61,708 bases of DNA, from contig CAYTVF010000001.1 of NCBI GenBank assembly GCA_964441345.1, forward strand, positions 1 through 61,708. The letters are read 5' to 3'. The translations under genes were made by a program, and so were the position numbers. The notes beneath the pieces were generated by a model. It was not told the origin of the DNA, searched no databases, and worked only from the letters and a program-made list of their open reading frames with translations. Below are positions 8,659-18,593 of the stretch, piece by piece. Origin of the DNA: an uncultured Desulfopila sp. (GTDB lineage Bacteria > Desulfobacterota > Desulfobulbia > Desulfobulbales > Desulfocapsaceae). How positions within the stretch are numbered: the stretch's first letter is position 1; each line of letters starts with the position of its first letter.

Positions 8659-10290
8659 TTAGATTTTCCGTATTGGTGCGTTTGTTCCTACAGGAACATC
8701 TAATCTGTTACTATCTCTGCCTTCCCGTAAAAGCTCATAATACAGGTCGATGTTGGCAAGCAAACCAGTTTCGGATGCCAGACGCTCAGCTGTAACTTCT
8801 TCTTTTAAAGATTCTAACACAACAATGAGATCATCTAAGTTGGTTACCGCTTTGGCTATTGTCATGGCATTCCTTTCTGATGATGCAGTAGTTTCCCTCG
8901 TGAAATTTGGCTTTTTCTTATGCTTAGGAAATGCAATATTTGATGCTTTTATCTGGTTCAACTGTTTTTCAGCCGATTCGTCATTCGGATCCTGAGGAAC
9001 GAGTTTCCCGCGAAAAGCTTTTGAAAGAATACTTGCTGATAGTTTTTCAATTTTTTTAATTGAAGAGGAAAATATTCCTTCCAGCTCATCCACAAGATTA
9101 AGTAGCCCATTAACACGCTGTACTATCACCTTAATTTCTTCTTTTCCAGGGTCTGGTATGTGAATTCTTTTTAAATTTCCCTGTGAGATGTTTCTCATTG
9201 AAAGTTGGTTGCCCGTGGCAAGTTGTTCAATTTGAAACCGACCTAATGGTGATCTTAAGCAAAGATTAAGCCATTCCTTGTAATCGTTATCACATAGTAG
9301 TCGAAGGACTTTATCACTCAACATGAGGTTTCTCTCGATTGCATTTACAATCACTGGAGCACCAAGAAGTTCAAGGGTGTTAGCACGGCTTATAAGCAAG
9401 TCTCCTTCTTTGATTCTTCTGTGCTCCCAAAATAATTCTTTACTAATAAGGGTCTTACTTTCTTCTTCATTGAAGTACCCCCAGGTTACAGCACTTATTT
9501 TTATTATTCCAAATTGATCTAACCCTGGAGCTCGTTCTTCACATTGAATATTTTTACCAGATTCTATTGCTTGAATAAGGTTTCCAACACTATCCCAGCG
9601 CCAATTTAGTGGCAGATGATAATCAGTTGGGATTAATTTCTTCTCAGTATTGATTCCTGTACGATTATTACAAATTTTTCGAGCAGATCTCCAATCTTTT
9701 GTTAAGTCCCCAGAGGTTGCAGCAGCTAATATTGACTGACGGAATCGTTTAATGATAATTGAAACTTTATCCAGACGACTTTTTGTTGCTTCGACAGCAG
9801 AAAGCAGCTGTTCAAGTATATCCGATATCCGTTTTTGCTCATCGTAAGGAGCAAGTTTTACAGGAATATTTCTCATTGAACTTTGATTTAGCTTCAATCT
9901 TGTTGAACCTGTAATATATCCCTGATAATTAAATTGATTTAAATATTGGCAAATGTAAAAATCATCAGATACCCCTTTTAATCCTTTAAGTACGTGAGCA
10001 TGATTGTTAACCCAGGATTTTCCAGATATCAGATATGCTTTGTGTTTATAAAGATCATAAAATGACACTCCGTCTTCACCAAGCAGTATTAGATCCTCAT
10101 CAAAGATATGGTTGTCTATATATCCTACTTGACCAGTGGCTCCATAATAGGGCACCAGTTCTTCAACTGGTCTATCTTTTATTAGAACCTCCCTTTCAGT
10201 ATTATTGACAGGAATTCTCTTTGAATCTAATATTTCAACACATTTTTCGAGTGGCAATTCTATCCATCCGCGCGGCAAAATCTCGGTCAT
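8659..10290 (-). CDS. hsdS: Type I restriction-modification specificity subunit with C-terminal extension
   Basis: Two TRDs with conserved blocks (LPRGW, APYDEQKRI, RQSILAAATSGDLT, LPLNWRW, SILSKAFRGKLVPQDPNDE) followed by ~90 extra residues. Confidence 0.92.
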   Translation of the reverse strand: MTEILPRGWIELPLEKCVEILDSKRIPVNNTEREVLIKDRPVEELVPYYGATGQVGYIDNHIFDEDLILLGEDGVSFYDLYKHKAYLISGKSWVNNHAHVLKGLKGVSDDFYICQYLNQFNYQGYITGSTRLKLNQSSMRNIPVKLAPYDEQKRISDILEQLLSAVEATKSRLDKVSIIIKRFRQSILAAATSGDLTKDWRSARKICNNRTGINTEKKLIPTDYHLPLNWRWDSVGNLIQAIESGKNIQCEERAPGLDQFGIIKISAVTWGYFNEEESKTLISKELFWEHRRIKEGDLLISRANTLELLGAPVIVNAIERNLMLSDKVLRLLCDNDYKEWLNLCLRSPLGRFQIEQLATGNQLSMRNISQGNLKRIHIPDPGKEEIKVIVQRVNGLLNLVDELEGIFSSSIKKIEKLSASILSKAFRGKLVPQDPNDESAEKQLNQIKASNIAFPKHKKKPNFTRETTASSERNAMTIAKAVTNLDDLIVVLESLKEEVTAERLASETGLLANIDLYYELLREGRDSNRLDVPVGTNAPIRKI

Positions 10291-11720
10291 TCTGCCACCT
10301 CATTTTCAAAGCCAAGCTGAACAAGAATATCCTGCAGATTTGAAATAGCGCCTTCTAGTTCCAGTAGCGCTTCTCTTGCTAAAATATCCGGTTCTGGAAG
10401 TTTAGTTGCATCTTCTTGGTCATCATCTTTGAGCCAGCTAATATCAAGACTATTGCTTCGCTTTGCTATCCAGTCACGACTAAAACAACGGAACCGACCA
10501 TCATCTCCTTCTTCTTTTCTTCGTGAAGAACCATCGCTTTTTGGGCCAAACACCTTCGTAAATTCAGCAAGATGTTCATTAGTTAGAACAGTTTTTTTTC
10601 CAAATTGTGGCATATTTGCACGAAGGTCATATACCCAGACATTATTTGTATTATTTTTGTCCGTTTGTCCTCGAGTGAAAAAGAGCACGTTGGTCTTTAC
10701 ACCTTGGGCATAAAAAATACCTGTAGGAAGGCGCAGGATTGTATGAAGATTACATTTGTTTAATAGATCTTCTCGAATTTGACGTCCTATGCCAGCTTCG
10801 AAGAGTACATTGTCGGGCAGTACGACTGCTGCTCTACCGCCAGGCTTAAGACCACGATAAATATGTTGGAGAAAGGCAAGCTGTTTGTTGCTAGTGGGAA
10901 ACGTAAAATCTGTTCTTGTGGGTAATCCTCCACCACGTTTTGTACCAAAGGGAGGATTAGTGAGAATCAGATCGGCTGGAGGTAGATTCTCACCATGTGC
11001 ACCAAGAGAGTTCCCAAGTTGGATTACCCCTTCTAGACCATGAAGCATGCAGTTCATCAGGCCAAGCCGCTGAGTATCAGGCACTAACTCAACTCCGTAA
11101 AATGCTTTATGAAAGAGGAAAGTTTGTTCATTTTCGCTGAGTTTGAAGAAGCTATCTGTATTTTTTTTGATGTACTGGAAAGCACTTATTAAAAAGCCCC
11201 CTGTCCCTGCCGCGGGGTCTTGGATGATTTCATGGTGTTGAGGTTTCATGAGTTCAACCATAGTTTCTATCAGAACCCTTGGTGTGAAGTACTGTCCTGC
11301 CCCAGACTTGGTCTCGTTCGCATTTTTTTGCAGGAGACCTTCATACATATCACCAAAATCTTCTCGACTCTTGTCGTACCACTCCATCTTGTTTATATCA
11401 GCGACTAGCTGCGTAAGGTGCTTCGGTTCCCGAATATTTGTGTGTGCGTTATCGTAAATGTCCGCGACAAGTTTATTATTGGAGCTACTCAGCTCCAACA
11501 GCATCGTACGATATTTTTTATCCAGAGCTGTTCCCTCGAGACCACTCAGATCACTCCACCGACAACCTTGTGGCAATCGACTTTCGTTGTCGATTTCTTC
11601 AGCCATCTTCAAGAAAACAAGTTGTGTGAGTTCAGTTACATACTGGTGATATGTAATGCCGTCATCTTTTAAAATATTGCAGAGATTCCATAATTTTTGG
11701 ACTATATCGTTCGTGTTCAT
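10287..11720 (-). CDS. hsdM: Type I RM N6-adenine methyltransferase (EcoKI-like)
   Basis: N-terminus MNTNDIVQKLWNLC, GAGQYFTPR, DPAAGTGGF, NPPF. Confidence 0.96.
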   Translation of the reverse strand: MNTNDIVQKLWNLCNILKDDGITYHQYVTELTQLVFLKMAEEIDNESRLPQGCRWSDLSGLEGTALDKKYRTMLLELSSSNNKLVADIYDNAHTNIREPKHLTQLVADINKMEWYDKSREDFGDMYEGLLQKNANETKSGAGQYFTPRVLIETMVELMKPQHHEIIQDPAAGTGGFLISAFQYIKKNTDSFFKLSENEQTFLFHKAFYGVELVPDTQRLGLMNCMLHGLEGVIQLGNSLGAHGENLPPADLILTNPPFGTKRGGGLPTRTDFTFPTSNKQLAFLQHIYRGLKPGGRAAVVLPDNVLFEAGIGRQIREDLLNKCNLHTILRLPTGIFYAQGVKTNVLFFTRGQTDKNNTNNVWVYDLRANMPQFGKKTVLTNEHLAEFTKVFGPKSDGSSRRKEEGDDGRFRCFSRDWIAKRSNSLDISWLKDDDQEDATKLPEPDILAREALLELEGAISNLQDILVQLGFENEVAE

Positions 11721-11735
11721 TTTTTCCTCAAGTAC

Positions 11736-14700
11736 CTATGCAGTCATCTCCCACATATAATGACTAAATTGATCTAACAATTTATCAACTTCTCCCGGAA
11801 ATTGGGCTTCCAGCACTTTTCTTCCTCCTTGTTGTTTAAAAGCAGGAGAAGAGAAAAGGGTGTTGTCGATTACTATTTCTTTCTTCAGTTGTGCTGCCAA
11901 ACGATTAAGCCAACGCTCCTGATTTTGCGACCAACTCCTCCCACTCTTGATTTTCAATAATGCTTTGTCTACACGCTCATCAAAAGGCATTAGAGCTGAA
12001 CCAATGGCAGCTTGTCGAATATAGCCTATAATACTTGCTGCGATATCTTCGTTTTTAGCAGCTTTCCACGCGACCCGCAAACGCCGCTCGTCAAACTCGT
12101 TTTCCGCCAAAAAAAGCCGTAGTTCTCTCAAATCTTCTCGTGTGAGATCACGAGGCCGGGTAACCACCACCTTTAGAGCAGCAACTTTATTGATATTCTC
12201 TTTTACAAAAACAGTGAAGGATTCGAGATAGTCTTCTGGTTTGGCTATTGGTTTTCCTTCTTCATCTGCACCATACCCTCTTCCAACTTCCAAAACTTCA
12301 TCATGATGTTCAGAAATTACCATTTCTCCAGCTGAAAATTTCAGAGTCTCGCTGAGGAGTGAAAGAAGTTTCAGGAATTGTGGGTTGTTGGAAAAGAATT
12401 GCGCTGTTTCCTTTGGACCTACTTCTTTGAACTTTGCAGCAAGTTCTATAAACTTTGGTTGCCCAGCTTGTTCAAGCAAAGTGTTAAGTAATTGTAGTGG
12501 TTCTTGGGCTTCAGGAAATTTATCTGTATTCTTCGCTCTTCTACTAATACGTTGTAACCTGGCGATAATCTGTTGATGTACATCTTCAGCGTGGGTGATT
12601 TTGGATGGTTTATCACTTGTAATCTCACCTGACAACCCATCTGCTTCTGGATGAAGGAGTTCTTCAATGAGTTGTTCCATGCTAACGGAGATCCTTTGCA
12701 CAACGGGTCGCATGGTATCTACTGCTTCTAAAACTTCATACAGACGGACACAATCGAAAATTCGGAACAAATCCTTGTTGATGTCATCACAAAGTCGAGT
12801 AGCTCTGCCCTTCATCTGCTCATACAGTATTCGGGAGCGCACACGTCTCAAAAAAACAAGGTTGCAGAGCCTTACGATATCTACACCAGTAGTCAATAAA
12901 TCAACAGTTACTGCAATATTTGGAATTTGCTCATTTTTAAACTGTCGAATAGCTCCTTGTGGGTCTCTGATGCTCCCGGTAATTTTCATTACGGTGTTCG
13001 CATCCTGTGGACCGTGATATGTATCGAGAGCATCCTCCATAAGCTTGACCACCATGTCGGCATGTTGGTCATTGATACAGAAAACCAGCGTCTTTTCTCT
13101 ACTTGTAGGATCTAAGTAGTTTTTGGCTAACTCATCACAAACGACTTTATTGAAATTTTCATTGAGAACCCTTTGGTTGAAGTCATCGACATCAAAATCA
13201 AGTTCATCGGGAAGCTCTTCTATCCTGGTTTCGCCAAGGTTATTCACTATGGTAACTGTTGCACCAGAATCAAAATGAATACCTTCCTTGTTGAGTCTCG
13301 TTTGTAGGGTATACGGGGGTTCATAATCAACCAACCACCCATCTATCACCGCTTCACGATAACTATAGGTAAAAACAGGATGCCCAAAGATATCTACAGT
13401 ATGGGCAGCTGGAGTGGCGGTCAGTCCAATGCGTACAGCATCGAAGTAATCCAGGACTCGACGATAAGCAGAGACATAGTCATTAAAATTACGTAACTCC
13501 ATTTCACCTTCGGTCATGTCCTTATCAAGTGTATACCCTCGATGTGCCTCATCAACTACAATACAATCATACTGACGGATGGGTATGGGGTTGTCAGACT
13601 CGAAAACTCTACGGACCATTGCTTGAACAGTTGCAACCTGAACCTTTGTCTTGGTATCAGGTGCCTGATCTTTCAGCTCCTTCACATCGTAAATTTCAGA
13701 GAAACTTTTATTACGTTCAAGCCGCATGTCTTTGAATGCATCCTGCGCTTGTATTCCAAGGGTGTTTCGATCAACCAAAAAGAGAATACGATTAAACATT
13801 CTGGCTTTTAGCAGCCGGTACATGAGGCCTATTGTCGTGCGCGTCTTACCCGTACCTGTCGCCATAGCGATGAGGATCTGTCGCTGACCATGAGTAATTG
13901 CTTGCTCAACAGCTTTTACAGCTTTTTCCTGAAATGGCCGTAAACCAAGGTAGTCCATCGATTCACTTTCAAGGAGCTCTGGTTGAGTGAATTTGTTTTC
14001 TAGACTCTCCAGGAGTTCATCCGGTGTGGGCCAAGCCATTAAGGGCCGGGACTTATTCGTGCTCTTGCGAAGATCTCTAAACCAGATTCCACTCTTCGTT
14101 TTGAGTTGGTGTTGAAACTCTCTGCCGTTTGTTGAAAATGCAAAAGCTGTTTTGAAATTATGATCAGACGAATTGTATGGTGGGGAGCTTTCAGCCGTAG
14201 TCAAGTCGGTAAAATTACCAGGCTCTCTTGTGACTTTAGATAAATCTCTACTGTATTCCTCTGCTTGGCGCAGATCGTCCATCACATCGTTGCCAAACTT
14301 TTTTGCCTCGACTGCAGCAACGGGTATCAGACCTACGAAAAGAACGTAGTCTGCCCTCGTATGTTTCTTTGTTTCTTGATTGTAGCATGGCCACTCTGCA
14401 ATCGCTTTGTTGGTATGCTGCTCTGGTCGGGCTCCTTTGTTATAATCAATCGTATTCGAATCTACTTGCCAACCACGTTCACGGAGTTGTGCATCAATAA
14501 TAATCCTAGTTTCCTCTTCTGAGAGTCTAAGTTTACTCGAAGCCTTCCTAACCTTTTGGGCAATTTTCCGGATTTCACTTTGAATCGATTCATCGTTTTT
14601 CGATTCCCTCGTCTGTTTTAGCTTTTCATCGAAGTCCTTTTTTACCCTTACGAGTTCAGCTTCCGCATCAAGAGCAAGCTGCTCAAACACATTCCGCTCA

Positions 14701-15284
14701 TCCTGCATCTTTTGAGCGAGTCCTTCGTATTCTGCAGCTTCAGTTTTGTGGAGATGCAGTAACTCTTGATTACCCTCAAATTGCTGATTTGTTTCTTGAA
14801 GCTTGGCTTTAAGTAGTTGGATTTCCTCTTGTACCTCAGTCAACTTTTCACTAGGATCATCGGGAATTGTGAAAGGACCGGGCTTTAACCCAACACATTT
14901 ACTGCTAAAAGCTTGGCAATGCCAGATAGCGAGCTGTCGAGCTACCTTGAGAGCATCAATTGCCTCTTTGTGTGTCGTTTGAAATTGATGAGCTGCTTTA
15001 TTGCCGGATAAACGGAGGGTATGGAACAATTCACGTACAATTGGGTCTAACCCAATTTTTCTGTTAATCTGATAAAGGAGGTCACTTTGGTTTGATTTTT
15101 CAGGAAATTCCAAACCAATCCGACTTGCCACATCTTGAGCTAACGCTTCACCTAACTGTCTCAGCTTGAAAAGAGTCGTGTTGGGATCAGAAGCAAATGC
15201 CTTTTCTGCAGTGGTCGCTAACTGGAAAAACAGTACCTCATGATCCTTTAAAAAATCAAAATTGGTGTTTTCCATATCATCCAT
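11736..15284 (-). CDS. hsdR: Type I RM restriction subunit (EcoKI-like)
   Basis: RADYVL...EAKK nuclease motif, MATGTGKT, DEAHRGY, TATP, LLTTGVD, QMKGRATR. Confidence 0.96.
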   Translation of the reverse strand: MDDMENTNFDFLKDHEVLFFQLATTAEKAFASDPNTTLFKLRQLGEALAQDVASRIGLEFPEKSNQSDLLYQINRKIGLDPIVRELFHTLRLSGNKAAHQFQTTHKEAIDALKVARQLAIWHCQAFSSKCVGLKPGPFTIPDDPSEKLTEVQEEIQLLKAKLQETNQQFEGNQELLHLHKTEAAEYEGLAQKMQDERNVFEQLALDAEAELVRVKKDFDEKLKQTRESKNDESIQSEIRKIAQKVRKASSKLRLSEEETRIIIDAQLRERGWQVDSNTIDYNKGARPEQHTNKAIAEWPCYNQETKKHTRADYVLFVGLIPVAAVEAKKFGNDVMDDLRQAEEYSRDLSKVTREPGNFTDLTTAESSPPYNSSDHNFKTAFAFSTNGREFQHQLKTKSGIWFRDLRKSTNKSRPLMAWPTPDELLESLENKFTQPELLESESMDYLGLRPFQEKAVKAVEQAITHGQRQILIAMATGTGKTRTTIGLMYRLLKARMFNRILFLVDRNTLGIQAQDAFKDMRLERNKSFSEIYDVKELKDQAPDTKTKVQVATVQAMVRRVFESDNPIPIRQYDCIVVDEAHRGYTLDKDMTEGEMELRNFNDYVSAYRRVLDYFDAVRIGLTATPAAHTVDIFGHPVFTYSYREAVIDGWLVDYEPPYTLQTRLNKEGIHFDSGATVTIVNNLGETRIEELPDELDFDVDDFNQRVLNENFNKVVCDELAKNYLDPTSREKTLVFCINDQHADMVVKLMEDALDTYHGPQDANTVMKITGSIRDPQGAIRQFKNEQIPNIAVTVDLLTTGVDIVRLCNLVFLRRVRSRILYEQMKGRATRLCDDINKDLFRIFDCVRLYEVLEAVDTMRPVVQRISVSMEQLIEELLHPEADGLSGEITSDKPSKITHAEDVHQQIIARLQRISRRAKNTDKFPEAQEPLQLLNTLLEQAGQPKFIELAAKFKEVGPKETAQFFSNNPQFLKLLSLLSETLKFSAGEMVISEHHDEVLEVGRGYGADEEGKPIAKPEDYLESFTVFVKENINKVAALKVVVTRPRDLTREDLRELRLFLAENEFDERRLRVAWKAAKNEDIAASIIGYIRQAAIGSALMPFDERVDKALLKIKSGRSWSQNQERWLNRLAAQLKKEIVIDNTLFSSPAFKQQGGRKVLEAQFPGEVDKLLDQFSHYMWEMTA

Positions 15285-15320
15285 TGATGCAGAAGTGTTT
15301 TTTGGGGTACTGGAGACAGC

Positions 15321-15440
15321 TTCGTAGATAAAAAAACGTTCGATTGCTACTCTACAGTATCCACCCGAAATCCCGTGACCTTTTTCTCAAATTGATCGAT
15401 AAATAACTACCATGGCGGTGTTTTTTGTCAATCAATGAAA
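15321..15440. promoter_or_regulatory. Putative res site / divergent promoter region of resolvase B
   Basis: Non-coding DNA upstream of the resolvase, homologous to 47913-48035. Shared blocks TAGATAAAAAA..TCGATT.CTACTCT, CCGTGACC, TTTTTTGTCAATC; imperfect inverted repeats. Confidence 0.55.
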
Positions 15441-15451
15441 TCGGGGAAAAG

Positions 15452-16063
15452 ATGGAGCAGCAAATCGTCGGATACGCTCGGGTCAGCACCCAAGAACAGG
15501 ATTTAAAAAATCAAAGGTACGAAATCCTTGATTATGCGAGTAAAAACGACTTGAGAGTCTCCACTTGGGTCGAAGCAAAGGTATCTTCCAGGAAAACTAC
15601 CAAAGAGCGCCTCATTGATACCCTGCTCGAAAAATTGAGGAAAGGTGATACGTTGATCGTCGCGGAACTATCACGACTCGGCAGGAGTGTAGGACAGATT
15701 GCCATCATTGCAAATACATTAGTGGAAACCGGTGTAAAGCTGATTTGCATCAAGGAAAATATGATCCTGGACGGATCGCCCGATATCCAGTCCAAGGTAA
15801 TGTTAACCATGTTCAGTCTTTTCGCTGAGATAGAACGTGATCTCATTTCAGAGAGAACAAAAGCTGGTCTTGCAAAAGCTCGTGCTGAAGGCCGATTGAT
15901 TGGGCGACCAAAAGGACTCGGTAAATCGACTCTTGATGGAAAGGAAGAAGAGATAAAGGGACTGCTGCGAAAAGGGGTGGGTAAAGCCAGTATCGCTAAG
16001 ATATATGAGGTCTCCTGGCCGTGCGTGTCCCACTTTGTGAAAACGAGAAGACTTGCCGTCTAG
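15452..16063 (+). CDS. Serine recombinase (resolvase/invertase family) with C-terminal HTH
   Basis: VGYARVSTQEQ catalytic Ser motif, LSRLGRS, ERDLISERTKAGL, GRPKG. Start MEQQ chosen by comparison with the paralog at 48046. Confidence 0.93.
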   Translation: MEQQIVGYARVSTQEQDLKNQRYEILDYASKNDLRVSTWVEAKVSSRKTTKERLIDTLLEKLRKGDTLIVAELSRLGRSVGQIAIIANTLVETGVKLICIKENMILDGSPDIQSKVMLTMFSLFAEIERDLISERTKAGLAKARAEGRLIGRPKGLGKSTLDGKEEEIKGLLRKGVGKASIAKIYEVSWPCVSHFVKTRRLAV

Positions 16064-16080
16064 CAATAACTAGACCAGGA

Positions 16081-16314
16081 ATGAAGAACATGAAAAACTG
16101 GGAAGCTACACAAAAAAACAACACTAATCTCACATAATCACTAGAAATGCTTTCGGAAATCCAGCAATATGTCGAAGCTTTGAGATGCTCGGAAGATCTT
16201 GAGAAAGGAACTTGCTCGTGGACAGATGCAGGCGAATCAGGAAGGATCGTTAACGACTTGAAGGATCTCTACCATCGAATTACCGGCCAAGGCGAATACC
16301 GCAGAGAGTCCTAG
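16081..16314 (+). pseudogene. Small hypothetical gene interrupted by an in-frame TAA at 16135-16137
   Basis: ATG at 16081; the frame is open to TAG at 16312-16314 except for one stop. C-terminal part reads CSWTDAGESGRIVNDLKDLYHRITGQGEYRRES. Confidence 0.35.
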
Positions 16315-16390
16315 TATTTAACTGAGCTGTGAACAAAATTATTGGAGTTCGTTTCCCTGCCGAAATATCAGCCGTTCGAAAAAGAAATTT

Positions 16391-17929
16391 CTACTTCAGC
16401 GTATCCTTAATCCCAATATCTTTTATAAATTTATTCATCAACTTTTCTAGCTTTTTAGGATCTCTCATATCTTTGAAAAACCACCTGTGAAATTCATGGA
16501 TTCGGCAAATACTTTCTTTTATCATGTTGTCTAGATTGTCTTTTTTCTTGTAATATGTCTTATTCTTGAAGATGTCATATAGAGGAGTCAATTTATCAAC
16601 ATCGGCGTTTATAGTGACAGGTTTCTTTCTTTCTCTATTGTATTCGTCTAGTTGAGATCGTTCAAAAGAATTTATTGGAAGCTTACTTGCCAAATCGGTA
16701 GTTTTTGATAAATCAGGAACTGGGAGAAGCTTCTCAAATATTTTATCAATTGATTGTATAAGTACTGTTCTATTCTTGATATTGTATACCATCTCAATCA
16801 ATTTATTTTCGGAGATGAAGTAATCAAAATAATTATTGAGGCTATTATTGCTATAGATTCCTAAAGGGTAAAAATCTGCAATGCAATCGACTTTCAATTT
16901 TTCAGGCAATTTTTCAACAATTTCACCTGAAATGTATTCAAGATATTCTTTAAAATAAATGGCATTTAACCGAACATCAGCAATATCTAATATTCTATAA
17001 TCACGACGTATTTTGTTTTGAAATCGTTCTGGATCAAAAGAGAATACACCTTCACTCCTGATGTTTTTGTCCATTCTTGCAGAATATGATCGTGTGTCAA
17101 TACTGAATATTGCCCTCCTAGAATGCCCTAGCTCTTTCAAATAACGAGTAAACAGTTTTTCAAGCAATATAATCACAAAATTATCGATTTTATTTCTTAT
17201 TCCAAGGAAATGCAGATTAAAATCATTATCAAAGTTTTTTGCATTCAAATAATCATTTAAACATTTATAAGCTGGACCAATAACTGGACTAAATACTAGA
17301 ATTTTGTGATTTGCTAATTTTGATGCTTTATGAATACCAACCAATCCGCCAATAGCTCTATGAGTAATTTCCTTTCCAAGATCCAATTCGCGGTACATTT
17401 CATTCCAGATCTTGTATATTTTTCGTGTTTTGAACTGATATATAAATGTATATTTTTGTCTCAGTTCTGGATTTTTTCTGATTGTTTCGAGAGCACTTAT
17501 TTGAGATTTAATATTCCATTTTTTGATCATTTTTCTCGAATTGAACCAACTATTATTCATTTTTGATGGTTCTTTAACTGCAGGGAAATCCAGAGAAAAA
17601 ATTCGATCGAATTGATCATGCTGTGACAAATACTGATTATATATTTTTATGTAGTCTTCGATTGAAGATTCTGTGAGTTCCAATTTTTCAAATAGGTTAA
17701 ATCCCCCTGAGTCAATCCACAAGTTGCATTTTTTATTCTTTAAATATTTTGTTCTATGATTTTCGATCAACTTTGTTGCAAGAGTTAATTGTTTAGTATC
17801 ATGTTCCTTAATCCGAAAAATATTAACGAGGGAAATAAGGATCCCATCAGATTGCTCTACAATAAGAGGAAAAGGGTCAAACACAGCGTTAGGATTATTA
17901 AAACCTGACAGCACATAGAGGTATTGCAT
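16391..17929 (-). CDS. tRNA-guanine transglycosylase (TGT)/DpdA-like fold protein, copy B
   Basis: Ordered motifs WIDSGGF, FSLDFP, IYQ, AIGGLVG, LHFLGI, SIDTRS correspond to TGT DSGG / D / Q / GGL / hhG / catalytic D. All are retained in the paralog at 48691-50241. Confidence 0.7.
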   Translation of the reverse strand: MQYLYVLSGFNNPNAVFDPFPLIVEQSDGILISLVNIFRIKEHDTKQLTLATKLIENHRTKYLKNKKCNLWIDSGGFNLFEKLELTESSIEDYIKIYNQYLSQHDQFDRIFSLDFPAVKEPSKMNNSWFNSRKMIKKWNIKSQISALETIRKNPELRQKYTFIYQFKTRKIYKIWNEMYRELDLGKEITHRAIGGLVGIHKASKLANHKILVFSPVIGPAYKCLNDYLNAKNFDNDFNLHFLGIRNKIDNFVIILLEKLFTRYLKELGHSRRAIFSIDTRSYSARMDKNIRSEGVFSFDPERFQNKIRRDYRILDIADVRLNAIYFKEYLEYISGEIVEKLPEKLKVDCIADFYPLGIYSNNSLNNYFDYFISENKLIEMVYNIKNRTVLIQSIDKIFEKLLPVPDLSKTTDLASKLPINSFERSQLDEYNRERKKPVTINADVDKLTPLYDIFKNKTYYKKKDNLDNMIKESICRIHEFHRWFFKDMRDPKKLEKLMNKFIKDIGIKDTLK

Positions 17930-17974
17930 ATGAATACTCGCTCGTAAAAATTAATCACCTTCAAAAAATACAAA

Positions 17975-18004
17975 CTCCCCTGGCAGTATACACTACAAGG
18001 GGAG
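17975..18004 (-). terminator. Stem-loop between the small recombinase and TGT-like genes
   Basis: CTCCCCTGGCAGT/ACTACAAGGGGAG imperfect inverted repeat; a different hairpin occupies the same position in element A (50281-50322). Confidence 0.45.
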
Positions 18005-18015
18005 CAAACCCAAAA

Positions 18016-18570
18016 TCATCCCCAGCATAATTTCTCGACAAGATCGGTTTTTTCCGTCGTTTTGATATAACTATCAAGATTAACCAGGCTCTTGTGGCGG
18101 CTATAATTCTTAGTTTCAGCAAGATTAAACCCTGTCATTTCATATATTTTAGTAACAAACGTTTTTCGAAACGAATGGGTGTTAACCTTGCCATCTAGAC
18201 CAGTCCGACCAGCTACCATTTTCACAACATAGCTGGCCAACTGTCTGGTTATAGGCATATTACTGCCCTTCTGGGAAAGAAACATCGGCGTATCTCTATT
18301 CACATCTATCCCTTTGGATCTGTAGTAATTTTCAAGCTCTACAACCTCGCGCCTGTAATTAGACGGTATTGGAAAGCTCTGATTTTCTGATCCTTTTTCA
18401 GATTTTATGTACAGTGAACCTCCTTCTACATCTCTAAATGTTAGTGATAAGGCTTCGGATATCCGTGTTCCGAATGTCAGGCAGGTGAGGAACAGTAACC
18501 TATCCCTCACACCTAGTTCATTTAAAACTGTTCGAATTTCTTCATCAGTCAAGACCCTACATCCTCGCAT
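18016..18570 (-). CDS. Small (catalytic-domain-only) tyrosine recombinase, copy B
   Basis: RDRLLF...GTRISEAL (R), EKG (K), HSFRKTF (HxxR), RHKS...SY (H, Y); 184 aa; GGAGG RBS. Confidence 0.88.
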   Translation of the reverse strand: MRGCRVLTDEEIRTVLNELGVRDRLLFLTCLTFGTRISEALSLTFRDVEGGSLYIKSEKGSENQSFPIPSNYRREVVELENYYRSKGIDVNRDTPMFLSQKGSNMPITRQLASYVVKMVAGRTGLDGKVNTHSFRKTFVTKIYEMTGFNLAETKNYSRHKSLVNLDSYIKTTEKTDLVEKLCWG

Positions 18571-18593
18571 AATAACCTCCTTGAATTATGTAC

